Under the pieces are notes generated by a model that worked only from the letters and a program-made list of their open reading frames with translations, had not been told where the DNA came from and ran no database searches. Made by a program: the position numbers and the translations under genes. Source: Paragordius varius (Eukaryota; Animalia; Nematomorpha). From it: a stretch of 64,000 nt of DNA. The stretch covers positions 930,001 to 994,000 of the forward strand of contig OZ176057.1 of assembly GCA_964247055.1 (NCBI GenBank), given 5' to 3'. Below are positions 62,173-64,000 of the stretch, piece by piece (the stretch's first letter is position 1; each line of letters starts with the position of its first letter).

Positions 62173-64000
62173 CAGTGATACTCAAACCGCGGCCCGCGGG
62201 CCGCATGCGGCCCTAAGAGTGCTTTAAAATTGCCCTATGGCCATAATGATACTTATTTTTTTTATTGATGAATTTTTAAAATTCACATAATCGGATTTTC
62301 GCTTATTTCAATATTAATTTATTTTATTTAGATTTAATTTTGGCAATTTTTATTTTTACCCAATATAAAATGTAAAAAATTTCCCTACATTTAGATGATT
62401 TAAATTTGGCCGTTGTTTTGGTTTCTGCATTCTATTTTCTTTTATATTTTAAAATTGTCGCATTCCTTTTTTGTATTTAAGCATTTTCACCCAAACTTAC
62501 ATATATATCTTTTCATAGCTATCCTGCATCATTTTTTATAACTCATTCCCATAAAATATTTTTCAAATCAACATCATTAAATTTCGACCTATTTTTTATA
62601 GCATAATGCAAATTTTATTCCTTTTTTTGAAAAATGTACCATAATGTTTTAACATAAATTTAAAGGATGACATCTAATGCTGAAAAACGTAAATTATCCG
62701 ATGAAAATCGCTCTTTTTAAAAAGAAGAATGGAAATTCTTGTCGTTTTAAATAAAAATGTTACCTGCCTTATATATATTAAGACAACATAATTATAAAAA
62801 TACAATATTGAAAGACATCAATCCATCATTAAGAATCAAAAAATATAAGAAGATTAAGAAATTATACCAGAAAGAAAAATCTATTAGCCCATAGCTTTCT
62901 TCCAGTAAAAAGCTTTAACATTAGCTCGTATGAAATTTGCTATATTATAGGAAAAAATATGAAACCGTTTACTGATTTCCAACTAATAAAAGAATGTCTA
63001 ATAAAGGTTGCTTATTTAATTTGATAAATTTCATAGTAACATTAGATCATGAGGTAAATTAAAATACTTCAACTTTCTGATTCAACATGTACTCGACACA
63101 TTGAGGATATGTCTAAATTTATTTACAATACATTATTGGCTGTAAAAAACTGCAAATATTTTAGTATTGCTATTGATTCCAGCACTGATATTAGTTCAGC
63201 GCCTCAGCGTACGCTCATGTGAGATTTTGCATCGACAACATAAACAATGAGGAATATTTATAAAATTTTCCAATTAATAATACGACAAAGAGAGTGATTT
63301 TCTCGAAATAATTAGCACTTTTTTCTATAATAATGATATATCTATAAAAAAATTGGTTATAATCTGAACAGATGGCTGTTCCTCTATGATTGGAATAAAC
63401 AAATGATTTATTTCTCTTTTGAAAAACAAATATAATTTGCAAAATATTTTATCCTTTCACTGCTTTAATCATCAGCAAAACCTGGTTTTGCGTGTAAATG
63501 AATACTCAATTCAGTAATTAAAACGATTGTGGATATAGTTAACCACATCCATGGCAGAGAATTCAACCGCCGTAAATTCAAAAACCTTCTGAAAGATATC
63601 CCCAGTGTGTTTGATGATATTCTTTTGTATACCGGTGTCAGATGATTAAGCCTCAGTTAAATATAAGACATGAAATAATATTTCTAAATGATAACAGAAA
63701 GTATGATGAGGATATCAAAAGTGACAAATTGTGGGTTAACTACACATTACTTATAAACTTAGTATCTTAAATACACTTCAGGAGCAAAATAATAACCAAA
63801 TCTAATCAAATATTTGATGAAGTTTATAAATAAAACACTCCTATATTTTCGAACACTTAAAACAATTCCTGAAGATAATATAAAATTTACCGCGGAAATT
63901 AAGTTAATAATAAGCAATCATTTAACATTTTTATCTAATGAGATGAAATTCAGATTTAAAGAATTAAGAAATATTAAAAATTGCTCAAAACTCGTTGAAA
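62173..64000 (+). mobile_element. Decayed hAT transposon (Buster/SPIN/GTF2IRD2-like), left end and transposase remnant; runs off the window
   Basis: Left end CAGTGATACTCAAACCGCGGCCCGCGGGCCGCATGCGGCCC preceded by ATCTAAGA (nnnTAnnn target). Broken frames from about 62667 read KRKLSDENRSF, KPFTDFQLIKECL, FSIAIDSSTDIS, TDGCSSMIG, HCFNHQQNL, LYTGVR*LS. Confidence 0.88.

Overview
Very AT-rich eukaryotic (animal-type) genomic DNA, dense in transposons. By reading splice sites and frames I can assemble three spliced genes. (1) A 17-exon bifunctional pantothenate kinase/DUF89 phosphatase gene (PANK4 type, +, 11971-44347, about 1331 aa) that keeps its kinase catalytic residues and carries several large low-complexity insertions. 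(2) A small prepro-peptide gene (-, about 50706-51750) with a signal peptide, a furin site and a Gly/Tyr/Trp-rich cationic peptide ending in an amidation signal. (3) The SUMO E2 gene UBC9 (+, 58095-60946). Two further splice-bounded exons (47986-48888) may belong to an unidentified gene. Mobile DNA includes a nearly intact RTE LINE with a 15-bp TSD in PANK4 intron 5, two decayed RTE fragments, a decayed Buster/SPIN-type hAT, and at least six MITE families. Two of these carry 21-bp subterminal repeats, which in one family expand into satellite arrays. The most unusual observations are the candidate antimicrobial/neuropeptide precursor, serial duplication of PANK4 exon edges into decoy splice-site arrays, a 26-nt intron beside multi-kb introns, and a TIR element flanked by a 192-bp target duplication. 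All calls are by eye from sequence and recalled family motifs; no searches were run and the organism cannot be identified.
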